Shown here: piece after piece, positions 10,403 through 19,948 of the stretch
How positions within the stretch are numbered: position 1 is the stretch's first letter
How the letters are laid out: every line of letters begins with the position of its first letter
NCBI GenBank assembly: GCA_963681965.1
Contig: OY820579.1
Span: 3,104,001 to 3,168,000 of the forward strand
DNA length: 64,000 nt
Origin: a bacterium
GTDB lineage: Bacteria; Electryoneota; JAOADG01
Direction: 5' to 3'
Notes under the pieces: model-generated
Told to the model about the DNA's origin: nothing
The model's input: only the letters and a program-made list of their open reading frames with translations
The model's database searches: none
Made by a program: the position numbers and the translations under genes

Positions 10403-10556
10403 TTTGCCTCCTTCGACAATTTCAAACTATATCGTGATTATTTACACATTATGATAACCGATAATTAACATTCGATTCTAAGGTGATATGCAGATTAGTA
10501 AACGATCGGGTTATCGTTAAATAGAACTAAGCATTGATCAGAGAAGATCTTGCCGA

Positions 10557-10985
10557 TCATATTCGTTTTGTCAGCGGCGCTCGACCGCATTGATCAATTA
10601 AGGAGCGTGCCAGTTCTGTATAAGCATTGTTGAGTATCACTTCACGCGGGGTGCTAGTACCAAAGCGAGCCGCCACAATCAATACGTTCAATAATTTCGC
10701 ACGATCCAACTCATTGATCAATACTTTGCTCGCAGTGCCGGGCACTTCACCATTGTCCCGAAATCGAGCCAATGGCTTTTCTGTGGGTGGAAACGCATAA
10801 ACCAGCGGCATCACCTGCGCATCGGCAAAACGTTCTTCGGCATATTTGCGTTTCTCTTGAACTTCTTCCGGTGTGTAAACCGGGAATAGCAACGCTTCGA
10901 AACGATTATGCCCTAAGTTCACCAATGCTTGCGCTGTTCGCGCAGGAGAAGAAAAAACGGCTACGTTTCCCGCCGGTTTGTTCAT
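10557..10985 (-). CDS. Divergent YigZ/IMPACT N-terminal domain protein
   Basis: DNGEVPGTAS...LLNVLIVAARF resembles YigZ DDGEPxGTAG...NVLVVVxRY; ATG at 10985 overlaps upstream stop (ATGA). Confidence 0.6.
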   Translation of the reverse strand: MNKPAGNVAVFSSPARTAQALVNLGHNRFEALLFPVYTPEEVQEKRKYAEERFADAQVMPLVYAFPPTEKPLARFRDNGEVPGTASKVLINELDRAKLLNVLIVAARFGTSTPREVILNNAYTELARSLIDQCGRAPLTKRI

Positions 10986-11719
10986 CCTTTTCTCCAAACA
11001 GAAACCCAATCGGTCGATAATACCGGATCGAAACCGATTCCAGCTAAATTACCGCTGATGCGAACCGGTTTCCAACCAGCCTTACGGAAAATATTTTCCA
11101 ATTTTTTGGCGCGAATTGGCCAGAGCGGCACACTTGAAGATTGCCACCGATCCTTATGCCAAAGAGCAACAGTCATAATGACCGGCTGACGCGGGGTTTT
11201 GGGGAAATCCAACACTCGTAAGAATAAATGATCTTCGCTCATCACCGGTTTTAAAAAGCGTTCGCGGACTTCCAGTAAACGATCCCAATTTCGATTTTCG
11301 ACGATTAACATGCCACCGCGTTTAGCGCGCTTGAATGTTGCTTCGGCAAAGTCGCCGATTCGAGTCGGCGTCAGGTGAGAAAGCGTATTCCCCAGACAGA
11401 GTTGAGTGGCAAATCCCTTCCAATCTGCTGGCGTACCATCAACCATATCGCCGACAACGATGGGTGGATTCCATTTCGCCAATTTCTTCTGAGCAACTTT
11501 CACGATATTTTCGGAGAGATCCACGCCGTAAGCATGATAGCCTCGTTCTAACAGAGGTTTTAGATGTCCTCCGGTACCACAACCCAAATCTAGAATTGGA
11601 CCAGCTTCCGGTTCGGGAAGAACCAGCATCAATCCCGGTAATTCACGTTGCAAGCGATCCTGCCAATTGATCAACCGGTCGTAATTGTCCTGTAACCAGT
11701 TATAAAGTATAGTTGGCAT
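10982..11719 (-). CDS. Class I SAM-dependent methyltransferase (glycine/sarcosine MT-like)
   Basis: ILDLGCGTG, GVDLS, CLGNTLSHL. Confidence 0.88.
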   Translation of the reverse strand: MPTILYNWLQDNYDRLINWQDRLQRELPGLMLVLPEPEAGPILDLGCGTGGHLKPLLERGYHAYGVDLSENIVKVAQKKLAKWNPPIVVGDMVDGTPADWKGFATQLCLGNTLSHLTPTRIGDFAEATFKRAKRGGMLIVENRNWDRLLEVRERFLKPVMSEDHLFLRVLDFPKTPRQPVIMTVALWHKDRWQSSSVPLWPIRAKKLENIFRKAGWKPVRISGNLAGIGFDPVLSTDWVSVWRKG

Positions 11720-11743
11720 AGTGTGCTCTCTTTGTTAGTGTGA

Positions 11744-12562
11744 TTATTTTATTCCTAAATCACGATGTTGTAACGCCCATAACGTAGTGAACCAGCCAAA
11801 TGTCGATACCAGCGATAAAATGATCAATCCCGTCCAATTCCAACCATCGGTTGGAAACAAGGTTCGCGGTTCGACCCAGTGCCACAACGAAAATATAATA
11901 TAGGGCTTTAATAGCTTTATGCTTCTACAGATTACTTCCCACAAAATCATTATTAAAACAAAACCGACGATACCTCCCAGAGCAATTCGAAAGCGACCCC
12001 AAATCGCCGCTAACATAGCCCCGAGACTTCCAATCGCGATCGACCATAATATTTGCATCCCCAGCGCTGCGAACAACATCGGAACGCGAACATTCGATAA
12101 TTCCGTGAAATGCAATGTAGCAATCCACCATGTAAATGTTCCGATAAGCTCGATAATCAGAAAACCGGTCAGTTGCGCGAGAATGATCGCTGCTAACCAC
12201 GTCTGCCGGCTGATCGGTCGCGAAAAAACAACGTCTAGCACTCCCCGCTCCTGATCCGATGCAATGTGCCGTAGCGGGAGTTGGATCGCCCAGAAAAGCA
12301 ACGTGACAGTGAATAACGGGTGAGCAAGCGATAACAACAGTGAACCGGTTGGATCCAGTAACATCGGTACATCGGACGAAACCGAAGCTTGAAATTGCGC
12401 GGGCAACATCTTCATCAATTTTACCAATCCCTCGCGAAGGGCTGTCTGTGCAGTCATCCAAGCAAATAGCCAGTTAGCCAACCCAATCCATAGCGAAAGT
12501 AGTAGTAAAACGATCCGATGACGGCGATAGAAATACCGGATGACAATGAGAAATTGTTTCAT
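11744..12562 (-). CDS. ABC-2 type exporter permease
   Basis: About six hydrophobic segments, DQERGVLDVVFSRPISR motif, coupled to the ATPase gene. Confidence 0.85.
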   Translation of the reverse strand: MKQFLIVIRYFYRRHRIVLLLLSLWIGLANWLFAWMTAQTALREGLVKLMKMLPAQFQASVSSDVPMLLDPTGSLLLSLAHPLFTVTLLFWAIQLPLRHIASDQERGVLDVVFSRPISRQTWLAAIILAQLTGFLIIELIGTFTWWIATLHFTELSNVRVPMLFAALGMQILWSIAIGSLGAMLAAIWGRFRIALGGIVGFVLIMILWEVICRSIKLLKPYIIFSLWHWVEPRTLFPTDGWNWTGLIILSLVSTFGWFTTLWALQHRDLGIK

Positions 12563-13260
12563 TTCATTGCCACCATTTCGAAAAAGATCTCTTCGATTTC
12601 AGTTGTCGACGAATAATCCGAACGCTTCAGTATACCGGCTAACTCACCATTGTTAAACACCGCGATCCGATCTGCAAGTTCGTAGGCTTCGCGAAGATCG
12701 TGCGTCGATAGTAAAAGCGTCGTATTGTTCGATCGGAGTTTGAGCAGATTCAGTAAACTTCGCTGTTGGATCGGATCGAGACCATCACTTGGTTCGTCTA
12801 GTATGATTAGATCGGGACGATGCTCCAGTGTGGCAACCAATCCCAATTTCCGTTTCATGCCTTGCGAAAGTGTGCCGGTATAGGAGGTAAGACGATCCTG
12901 CGGAAAATTCAATTGATCTAATAATTCAAGCCGGTAGCTGGGATCCGGTCGACCAGACAGTTCTGCAAGAAATGTCAACCACTCTCCACATTTCACTCCT
13001 AATGGCCACCCCATTTCGCCCGGTAAGTATCCCACTCTCGCACGGGAAGCATTTGATGACGGTTCTCGATCGAAGATGGTAATCGTACCGGAAGTCGGAG
13101 AGATGAGACCGAGCAAGAGGCGAATCGCAGTGGATTTACCCGCGCCATTGGGTCCTAGAAACACCAGACATTCGCCGGAACAACCTTGCAACGTTAATGA
13201 ATTTAACGCTGTAAACGAACCATACTGCTTCGTTACGTTCACATATTCAAATGGTGTCAT
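12559..13260 (-). CDS. ABC transporter ATP-binding protein
   Basis: GPNGAGKS, LSQGM, ILDEP, STH. Confidence 0.95.
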   Translation of the reverse strand: MTPFEYVNVTKQYGSFTALNSLTLQGCSGECLVFLGPNGAGKSTAIRLLLGLISPTSGTITIFDREPSSNASRARVGYLPGEMGWPLGVKCGEWLTFLAELSGRPDPSYRLELLDQLNFPQDRLTSYTGTLSQGMKRKLGLVATLEHRPDLIILDEPSDGLDPIQQRSLLNLLKLRSNNTTLLLSTHDLREAYELADRIAVFNNGELAGILKRSDYSSTTEIEEIFFEMVAMK

Positions 13261-13287
13261 TAAAATGTTCCGGTAGATCGTATATCG

Positions 13288-14340
13288 TTATTGCGCTTGA
13301 ATAAACGAACTGACCAGCCTGAAGGTCGCATCCAATGCATCGATATGAGTCCGCTCGTAGCCGTGCGAAGCGGCTACACCGGGACCGATCAATGCGACTT
13401 TCACGTCTTTTCCAGCGCGTAGTGCCGCCGAGCCGTCGGAACCATAAAACGGGAAAACATCGGTTTTGTACGGAATTTTATTTTTCTCGGCAATTTCGAT
13501 CAACTGCTGAGTCAATTCGTAATGATATGGACCCGAGGAATCTTTAACACAGATCGACACGCTGTATTCATCGCCTGCGACGCCATCTCCTACGACACCC
13601 ATATCGACAATAATGAGGGCGTCAAGATTCTCCGGTAGCCCGGCAAGACCCTGCCCGGTTTCTTCGGTTATGTTAAAGAGGATGTAAATCTCCTGAACTT
13701 CTTTCAACAATCCCGATTTCGGATCGAGTAATTGATCCGATAACGCCAGCAATACTGCGGCGGACGCTTTGTCATCCAGAAATCGTGAGTTGATATATTC
13801 GTTGTCGAATCGGAAACCGGGATCCAGTGTGACATAACTCCCGATCGGAATCAATTTATCCAACTTTTCCTTTTCGCGAATCCGCTTATCAATCCGAACG
13901 TGTAGATCGTCGAATTTTATTCGCTCTTCTTCCCATTTCTTCGAAACATGAGTGGATGGATTATCTGGTAGGATTGTTCCGGAATACTTCGTGCTATCGA
14001 AAGCGTGTATCGTACAATGATCGCCGATTACATTGAATGCCGGAAGGCTTCCGACCGGTGCGATTTTAATTTTCTCGCCAGTCACACTCCGAACCATCGC
14101 CCCGAGTGTATCGACGTGCGCCGCAAAGGCGAGTACTTTCCCTGCCTCATTCTCGCCTTCGAACGAAAATCGCACTGCCCCTTTTCGGGTTGTCGTGACC
14201 TGAATGTTTTTCGATCGTGCCTGTTCGACCAGAAAATCCTGAACATATCTGGTAAATCCTGTCGGAGAGGGGATCCTAACCAATTTCTCGAAATAGGAAA
14301 CAATGGTTTTGGGATCGATTTTGAGGGTGGATGATTGCAT
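13288..14340 (-). CDS. M42 family metallopeptidase (YhfE-like)
   Basis: PSPTG, AHVDTLG, FLDDK, TEETG, VDMG, SHGYE metal ligands. Confidence 0.9.
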   Translation of the reverse strand: MQSSTLKIDPKTIVSYFEKLVRIPSPTGFTRYVQDFLVEQARSKNIQVTTTRKGAVRFSFEGENEAGKVLAFAAHVDTLGAMVRSVTGEKIKIAPVGSLPAFNVIGDHCTIHAFDSTKYSGTILPDNPSTHVSKKWEEERIKFDDLHVRIDKRIREKEKLDKLIPIGSYVTLDPGFRFDNEYINSRFLDDKASAAVLLALSDQLLDPKSGLLKEVQEIYILFNITEETGQGLAGLPENLDALIIVDMGVVGDGVAGDEYSVSICVKDSSGPYHYELTQQLIEIAEKNKIPYKTDVFPFYGSDGSAALRAGKDVKVALIGPGVAASHGYERTHIDALDATFRLVSSFIQAQ

Positions 14341-14470
14341 GGATAAGTCCTTCCTGCCTAAGTCAGACTAATTTCATAACCATTTAATATATCCCGCTAA
14401 TAAAACAGGAAGCAAGGGGAAAAGATAGTTCTACGATATTCATGCATTGTCATTGGTATAAGTAATACAT

Positions 14471-14497
14471 AAAAGGGAGGGCTTCCGCGCCCTCCCT
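14471..14497 (-). terminator. Intrinsic terminator downstream of gatD
   Basis: 9-bp stem AGGGAGGGC/GCCCTCCCT followed by T tract on the minus strand. Confidence 0.75.
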
Positions 14498-14531
14498 AAC
14501 TTATCACCACGAACTATGAACCAAGCACCTA

Positions 14532-15920
14532 TTACTTCCGAACCTTCGAGATAAATTCCTCGACTTCGGGAATACCGCCTTGCATGATCAGATAACCGTT
14601 GCTGGGTTCGCGATCAGTGATTTCACCATTGATCGGAGTATACATGATTTTCCGGACTTCAGCCAAATCTTCCGTTTGACCAAGTGCCCACCCCAACTTC
14701 ACATAAGCGACTTCGGGAAGCATATTCGCCATTGGTACGACTCCCAGTTCCATCATGTCCCGACCGGTATCGTACACATACATCTGGACATAGCCCCAGA
14801 GTGTTTGAACCGTCATGTAGACCGCGATGTTCTTCTCTTTGGCACGTTTCAATGCCGGATACAGCGGTTTATTGACATGACCCAATCCGGTACCTGCAAT
14901 AATAATACCCCGATAGCCATTATCGATCATGGAATCGATCATATCCGGTTTCATGTTCGGGTAGTAGTAAACGATTCCGACCGCTTCTTCGAAGGCGGTA
15001 TTGATCGTCACTTCACGGTCGTAACGCCGTTTCTTGTAATCGGTACGAAGTGGTGTAATTTTACTTCGACTTACCATAGCAATCGGAATATCGCCGATCG
15101 TGCGGAACGTCGAACGGTAACTCGAGTGCATCTTACGTACCCTTGTACCGCGATGCAGTAAACCATATTCGTCGGAAGTAGGACCGAACATACAGACCAT
15201 CACTTCGGCGATATCGCCTTCGGCAGCGGCTTTGACACTGTGCATCAAATTCAATGCCGCATCGGAAGAGGGACGATCGCTGGAACGTTGCGAACCGACC
15301 ATCACAATTGGAATCGGCGAATTCTGAACCATGAACGAGAGAATCGCCGCAGTATGATGCATCGTATCGGTACCATGTCCGATCACAATACCCTGTACGC
15401 CCTTGGCAATCTCCCTACCGATCGCTTCGGCAGTACCACGCCACTGTTCCGGACCCATATTTTCACTGAATACACCGTACAGTTTTTCAGTCTCCAGATT
15501 GCAGATGTCTGCCAATTCCGGTACTGATCCATACAATTCACCCGGGGAAAAAGCGGGAATTACCGCTCCGGTACGATAGTCCAACCGACTCGCAATCGTA
15601 CCACCGGTTCCTAACAATTTTACCTTCGGTCTTCGAGGATCGAACGGAAAATCTTTTTCGGGAATTTTGTAGTGTGCTTCTTTGCGTCCGATAATATTCA
15701 CTCCGCGGACATTTTCGGCATTCACTCCGATATTGTAACCCGAACGCAACTTCATCACGATATGTAACGGATCGGCAGTTTCCGATCGCGGTAAAATAAT
15801 ACCGGTAAATACGCCGGTATCGGTCTTCAATTCGATATCGCTCCAGACTTTCGCATCGAATTTTTGAAGCGTTGCTAGTGCTTCGCCGCGATACCCTTTA
15901 TAGTCGTCATTCGCCGTCAT
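14532..15920 (-). CDS. gatD: Glu-tRNA(Gln) amidotransferase subunit D (archaeal type)
   Basis: GatD-specific N-domain GIILPR...HIVMKLRSGYNIG; TGGTIASRLDYRTGAV, HGTDTM, SQRSSDRPSSD, HRGTRVRKMH, GTGLGH. Confidence 0.93.
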   Translation of the reverse strand: MTANDDYKGYRGEALATLQKFDAKVWSDIELKTDTGVFTGIILPRSETADPLHIVMKLRSGYNIGVNAENVRGVNIIGRKEAHYKIPEKDFPFDPRRPKVKLLGTGGTIASRLDYRTGAVIPAFSPGELYGSVPELADICNLETEKLYGVFSENMGPEQWRGTAEAIGREIAKGVQGIVIGHGTDTMHHTAAILSFMVQNSPIPIVMVGSQRSSDRPSSDAALNLMHSVKAAAEGDIAEVMVCMFGPTSDEYGLLHRGTRVRKMHSSYRSTFRTIGDIPIAMVSRSKITPLRTDYKKRRYDREVTINTAFEEAVGIVYYYPNMKPDMIDSMIDNGYRGIIIAGTGLGHVNKPLYPALKRAKEKNIAVYMTVQTLWGYVQMYVYDTGRDMMELGVVPMANMLPEVAYVKLGWALGQTEDLAEVRKIMYTPINGEITDREPSNGYLIMQGGIPEVEEFISKVRK

Positions 15921-17896
15921 GCTTGCTTCTCCTGCAACGCGCTATTCAATCTGCTGGCAACCAGTTTGCCTTCTACCCGTCCGCGAACTTTTTTCATGAC
16001 CATCCGCATCGCCGTCCGGAACTTTTGATCGAATTGCGGGATTGGTTTGTGCGTCACTTCAACTGCTGCAACTTTTACAACCGTATCGAATTCTCCGGCA
16101 GTACAGATCGGCGGTAAAGCCTCGATGCAGAATTGCCCCGAAATCGCCGTACGTTCCATCGCTTCGTAAATACCTTCTTTGGCGATTCGACCGTTCTTGT
16201 ACGCAAAGAAAATCTGCTCAATCACTTCGGGGGTAATAGCAGAAATCGAAATACGCTTTCTGCGAATTCGCTTCGGGAATTGAATCAACGCGACAGCAAC
16301 TGTTGTCGGATTTAATTTCCACTCATCGACCAATTTGTCGAACAATGGTGCATACTTCGATAGCGCTAGCGGTTGAACGCAGTCTTCGGGAATTTTGTGC
16401 TCACGATACTTGCGCTCGCGAATCCAATAATACTCCGGTAATCCTTTTTGAATGCGCTCTCTGCGCTCGGTTGTAATGCGCTTCGGTGGAAGATCGGTAT
16501 CCGGATACATGCGATCGGCACCGGGAAGAATTCGTTCGAAACCATTCGTTCCGTCACTGAGTGCCTGACGAGTTTCGGAGGGAATACCGATCGTTGCTTC
16601 GCGTGCGCGGATGATAATCTCTTTGGTTGCAGTCTCGACATCGACGAGATCGCCCCAAACCAATACAACAGTATCGTTTTCGGTTGCACCGGACGCCTTC
16701 TTCACGGCTGCCCATTCGGCAGACGATAACGTATCGTTCGGACTATCCGAGTGCAGAATGTTTGGGAGTACAGTCATACAGGCAATCACGCGAATCCGGT
16801 CTGATATCTCGCGCGAGAAATAGGTATCCGTCTGGGTTTGCCAACGGAGCAGCCCCTTGAAGCCAACGAGATTTACACAGCGGACAGTCTTACCGAGTCC
16901 GATTGCATCCCGAACCGGCTGGAACCGCGTCTTACGGAGAATCTTGGTGACATCTTCAATTCGAGATTTGAAATTTTCCGGTGTCACACCACGGCGATGG
17001 AGTTCAGCGCGTAAACGTAACAGATTCCATTGCCGCATTGCTTCGTTGTATGTCAACAATGGAATATTCGGTATCCGTGGCACACCCTTGATTTCGATTC
17101 GGGTACCGCCCTGAACACTGACATTGACATCCTGCCGTGCTGCACCGATACCGGTACGTACTTTTCCAGTGCTTCGCACCATGCGTCGCAAAATATCGCA
17201 CACTTCCGCAACTTCGATCGGGGTTTTCATCGATGGTGCAGTCACTGTTTCGATCAATGGCATACCCAATCGATCGGTCAAATAGACACGTCGGTGACCG
17301 ACATCGCTGAATTCCCGACAGGCGTCTTCTTCCAGACCCAACTGAACGATCGGAATCTCGCGATCTTTGTACGGAATATTCCCATTGACACCGACGATCG
17401 TCGTTCGTTGAAAGCCAGTGGGAATACTACCATCGAGATATTGTTTACGTGCAATGTGAATTTCATCGACCAGCGACATACCGTACAGCAATCCGATTTC
17501 CAGAGCGATGTCCAACGCTTCGTCGTTTAGTTCGAACGGTGGCGTATCGTCCATCTCGTAGGTACAGACTGTTTCGCGGTTGATGTGGTAGATGATCTCT
17601 TTTTTCGTTTTGAATTCCATCAATGCCGTACCGTCGTATTCGCCCAATTCGGACAACGTCGGTCGCATGTGTCGAAGAATTTCGGCATGGAACACATCGC
17701 TATACCGACCTGCGGGACAGCGGCAAAACAGCTTGCGTTCGGTATAAACTTGTTGGTGAATTTCCAATCCCGATTTGAATCCGACATAATCATAGTCGGA
17801 GTTCGTCATCTCGGAAAAGGGTTTGAATAGAAAAGCTTGAAGCTTCTGATCAAGCTCCTGATCGGTTTCGATTGCGTTTTGATTCGCAGAATCCAT
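15917..17896 (-). CDS. gatE: Glu-tRNA(Gln) amidotransferase subunit E (archaeal type)
   Basis: GLEIHQQ..KLFCRCP, RPTLSELGEYD, DGSIPTGFQRT, LEEDA, DRLGMPLIE, RQDVNVS, AspRS-like insertion, PSETR...LPGADRMYPDTD. Confidence 0.93.
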   Translation of the reverse strand: MDSANQNAIETDQELDQKLQAFLFKPFSEMTNSDYDYVGFKSGLEIHQQVYTERKLFCRCPAGRYSDVFHAEILRHMRPTLSELGEYDGTALMEFKTKKEIIYHINRETVCTYEMDDTPPFELNDEALDIALEIGLLYGMSLVDEIHIARKQYLDGSIPTGFQRTTIVGVNGNIPYKDREIPIVQLGLEEDACREFSDVGHRRVYLTDRLGMPLIETVTAPSMKTPIEVAEVCDILRRMVRSTGKVRTGIGAARQDVNVSVQGGTRIEIKGVPRIPNIPLLTYNEAMRQWNLLRLRAELHRRGVTPENFKSRIEDVTKILRKTRFQPVRDAIGLGKTVRCVNLVGFKGLLRWQTQTDTYFSREISDRIRVIACMTVLPNILHSDSPNDTLSSAEWAAVKKASGATENDTVVLVWGDLVDVETATKEIIIRAREATIGIPSETRQALSDGTNGFERILPGADRMYPDTDLPPKRITTERRERIQKGLPEYYWIRERKYREHKIPEDCVQPLALSKYAPLFDKLVDEWKLNPTTVAVALIQFPKRIRRKRISISAITPEVIEQIFFAYKNGRIAKEGIYEAMERTAISGQFCIEALPPICTAGEFDTVVKVAAVEVTHKPIPQFDQKFRTAMRMVMKKVRGRVEGKLVASRLNSALQEKQA

Positions 17897-18139
17897 AACA
17901 TCGCTCCATCTGGCGGGGATCGCGCGGAATATACATAGAATGAAAAAACAATATAAGCGATTCTAATGGATTTGAGAAAAAACGCCTCTATTTACAAAGC
18001 CTAAAGTTTCGCTTTTCATGCAACTAACTTCGTAAATCCGCAAAAAAGAATTGGTAAAGCTTAGAGAGACGGTTATATTATTGGTTTATTCACGAAAACT
18101 CTCAATTAATCGAACGATTCTCGCGATTCTGGATCTTTC

Positions 18140-19024
18140 ATGGAAATATTCGACCACTGTTTACTTTGTCAATCGGATAGAATCGTTACAATCGATGAAG
18201 ATTGTAATATTATCCGATGCAAAACTTGTGGCTTTGTTTTCCATTCTCCGCGTCCAACAGCAACTGAACTCGCACAATTCTATTCCACACCTGCACAATC
18301 CCATGATTGGCTTTCAAACGAACAAGTCCGCGACGAAATGTGGCTCCGAAGACTTCGTAAAGTACACAACTATCGGACCGAAGGATCGTTATTGGATGTT
18401 AGTACTGGGATCGGACAATTTCTTCATTTTGCTCGGAATATGTTTTTTCCGGTGACTGGTTCAGAGGTTTCCGACAGTGCGATTCGGATTGCCCGGCAGA
18501 AATATGAATTGACGTTAGAGAAAGGCACAATCAATTCCATCGATTGGAAGAACCGAAAATTCGATGTTATTACCCTATTCCATGTGCTAAATCACGAACT
18601 TGATCCGCTGGAGTTGATATTCTCTTGTAAGAAGTTGTTAAAGCCGTCCGGACTGCTGATAATCACTGTTCCGAACGATCTATCGGCGTTCAGTGCAAAA
18701 CTGAGTTCGATTTTTAAAACAATTGGAATCGGAAAATTGGTGAAGACAGAGGTAGGATTGCATAAAATCGATCTCGAAAACCCAGTTTCGAAAATTCAAT
18801 TGTCGTACTTCAATTCCAAAGTCTTGCAGATCTGTCTGCAACGATGTGGTTTTAAAATTATTGAAACCGATCTCGACCCGTATTACATCGCATCCGGATT
18901 TGATCGAGTGATGTATTCCGCTAATTACGGTTTGAGTCGAATCGTGAAAAAAGTATTCCGCACCAATATTTACGATACAATTTGGCTCGCAGCCGAATTA
19001 CCCCCGAATTCTCCACACGAATAA
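18140..19024 (+). CDS. Class I SAM-dependent methyltransferase with N-terminal CxxC/CxxC (glycan-associated type)
   Basis: CLLC...CKTC, LLDVSTGIG, FDVITLFHVLNH, LKPSG. Confidence 0.8.
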   Translation: MEIFDHCLLCQSDRIVTIDEDCNIIRCKTCGFVFHSPRPTATELAQFYSTPAQSHDWLSNEQVRDEMWLRRLRKVHNYRTEGSLLDVSTGIGQFLHFARNMFFPVTGSEVSDSAIRIARQKYELTLEKGTINSIDWKNRKFDVITLFHVLNHELDPLELIFSCKKLLKPSGLLIITVPNDLSAFSAKLSSIFKTIGIGKLVKTEVGLHKIDLENPVSKIQLSYFNSKVLQICLQRCGFKIIETDLDPYYIASGFDRVMYSANYGLSRIVKKVFRTNIYDTIWLAAELPPNSPHE

Positions 19025-19045
19025 CGCATTTCTAAGAATCGCAAA

Positions 19046-19948
19046 TCACGGTTTTTGCTTACAGCCAAACATGATGCTGAGGATTTGCAATGCAGCAGTA
19101 AATCTTCGCTGAACGATTCGCTTAAAAAGACTGTAGATCATCATCAAATACACAGTCGGTAGAAAATACCAATAGTGTTTTCTGGTTAAATAAATCCGAT
19201 TTCTGAACGTATAGAAATCGGAAAACAGCGTTTTTTTTCCAGCGCGATCGTTGGTTCCGATACTCGCACCCTGTTTATGGTACACAATACTTTTTTTGGC
19301 ATAAGATAGGTTAAAATGTTGTTTCTTAGCTCGGATCCCCCAATCAATCTCTTCCATGTACAAAAAAAGAAATTCATCCATCAATCCAACCGTCTGTAAG
19401 AATTCTTTCGATGCTAACACCGAAGCGCCGCAGATCAGATCTAGCTGCTTGTTTCGTATATTTGTATCTACCTTGTTGCGCGCTAATCCTTCACCGTAAA
19501 AACCGGATAATCCTGTCGCAGGCTGGTACCAACCGCCACCTAACGCCTGTACCCGATGTCGATCGTCTTCATACAAAATCGTCGATCCACACAACCCCGT
19601 CGTCGGATCATTCTTCATCGTATCGACTAAACTGGTCAATGCCTTCGGATCGACCCGCGTATCGTTATTGAGGATCCATACGTAGTCACAATCGGATTGA
19701 GCAAGTGCATGTCGGATCCCGACGTTATTTCCGCCGGCATAACCGAGATTCTCGCCTGTGAATAACAGGTCAAATCGTTTGTTACAAAACTCCGATAATT
19801 TGACCTGTGACTCGTCCGTCGAACCATTATCGACAACGATTACACGGTAGGAAGGATAGGACAATTGAAAGATGCTTTCGAGACACTGGATTGTTTCCTG
19901 CCACCCGTTCCAATTCAGGATGACGATATCGACGGTAGGTTGTTTCAT
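19046..19948 (-). CDS. GT2 family glycosyltransferase
   Basis: VILNWNG, VDNGSTD, NLGYAGGNN, LNND, FLYMEEID. Confidence 0.92.
   Translation of the reverse strand: MKQPTVDIVILNWNGWQETIQCLESIFQLSYPSYRVIVVDNGSTDESQVKLSEFCNKRFDLLFTGENLGYAGGNNVGIRHALAQSDCDYVWILNNDTRVDPKALTSLVDTMKNDPTTGLCGSTILYEDDRHRVQALGGGWYQPATGLSGFYGEGLARNKVDTNIRNKQLDLICGASVLASKEFLQTVGLMDEFLFLYMEEIDWGIRAKKQHFNLSYAKKSIVYHKQGASIGTNDRAGKKTLFSDFYTFRNRIYLTRKHYWYFLPTVYLMMIYSLFKRIVQRRFTAALQILSIMFGCKQKP

Noticed and set aside
1418-15161. Long antisense or alternate-frame ORFs (e.g. 1418-2119, 2949-3548, 7367-7957, 8550-9365, 14580-15161)
   Set aside because: They shadow well-supported genes and show no recognisable motifs.
14532-17896. 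Reading the pair as ordinary L-asparaginase plus GatB
   Set aside because: The GatD-specific N-domain, GatE-specific motifs and insertion, gene coupling, and lack of adjacent gatA/gatC favour GatDE.
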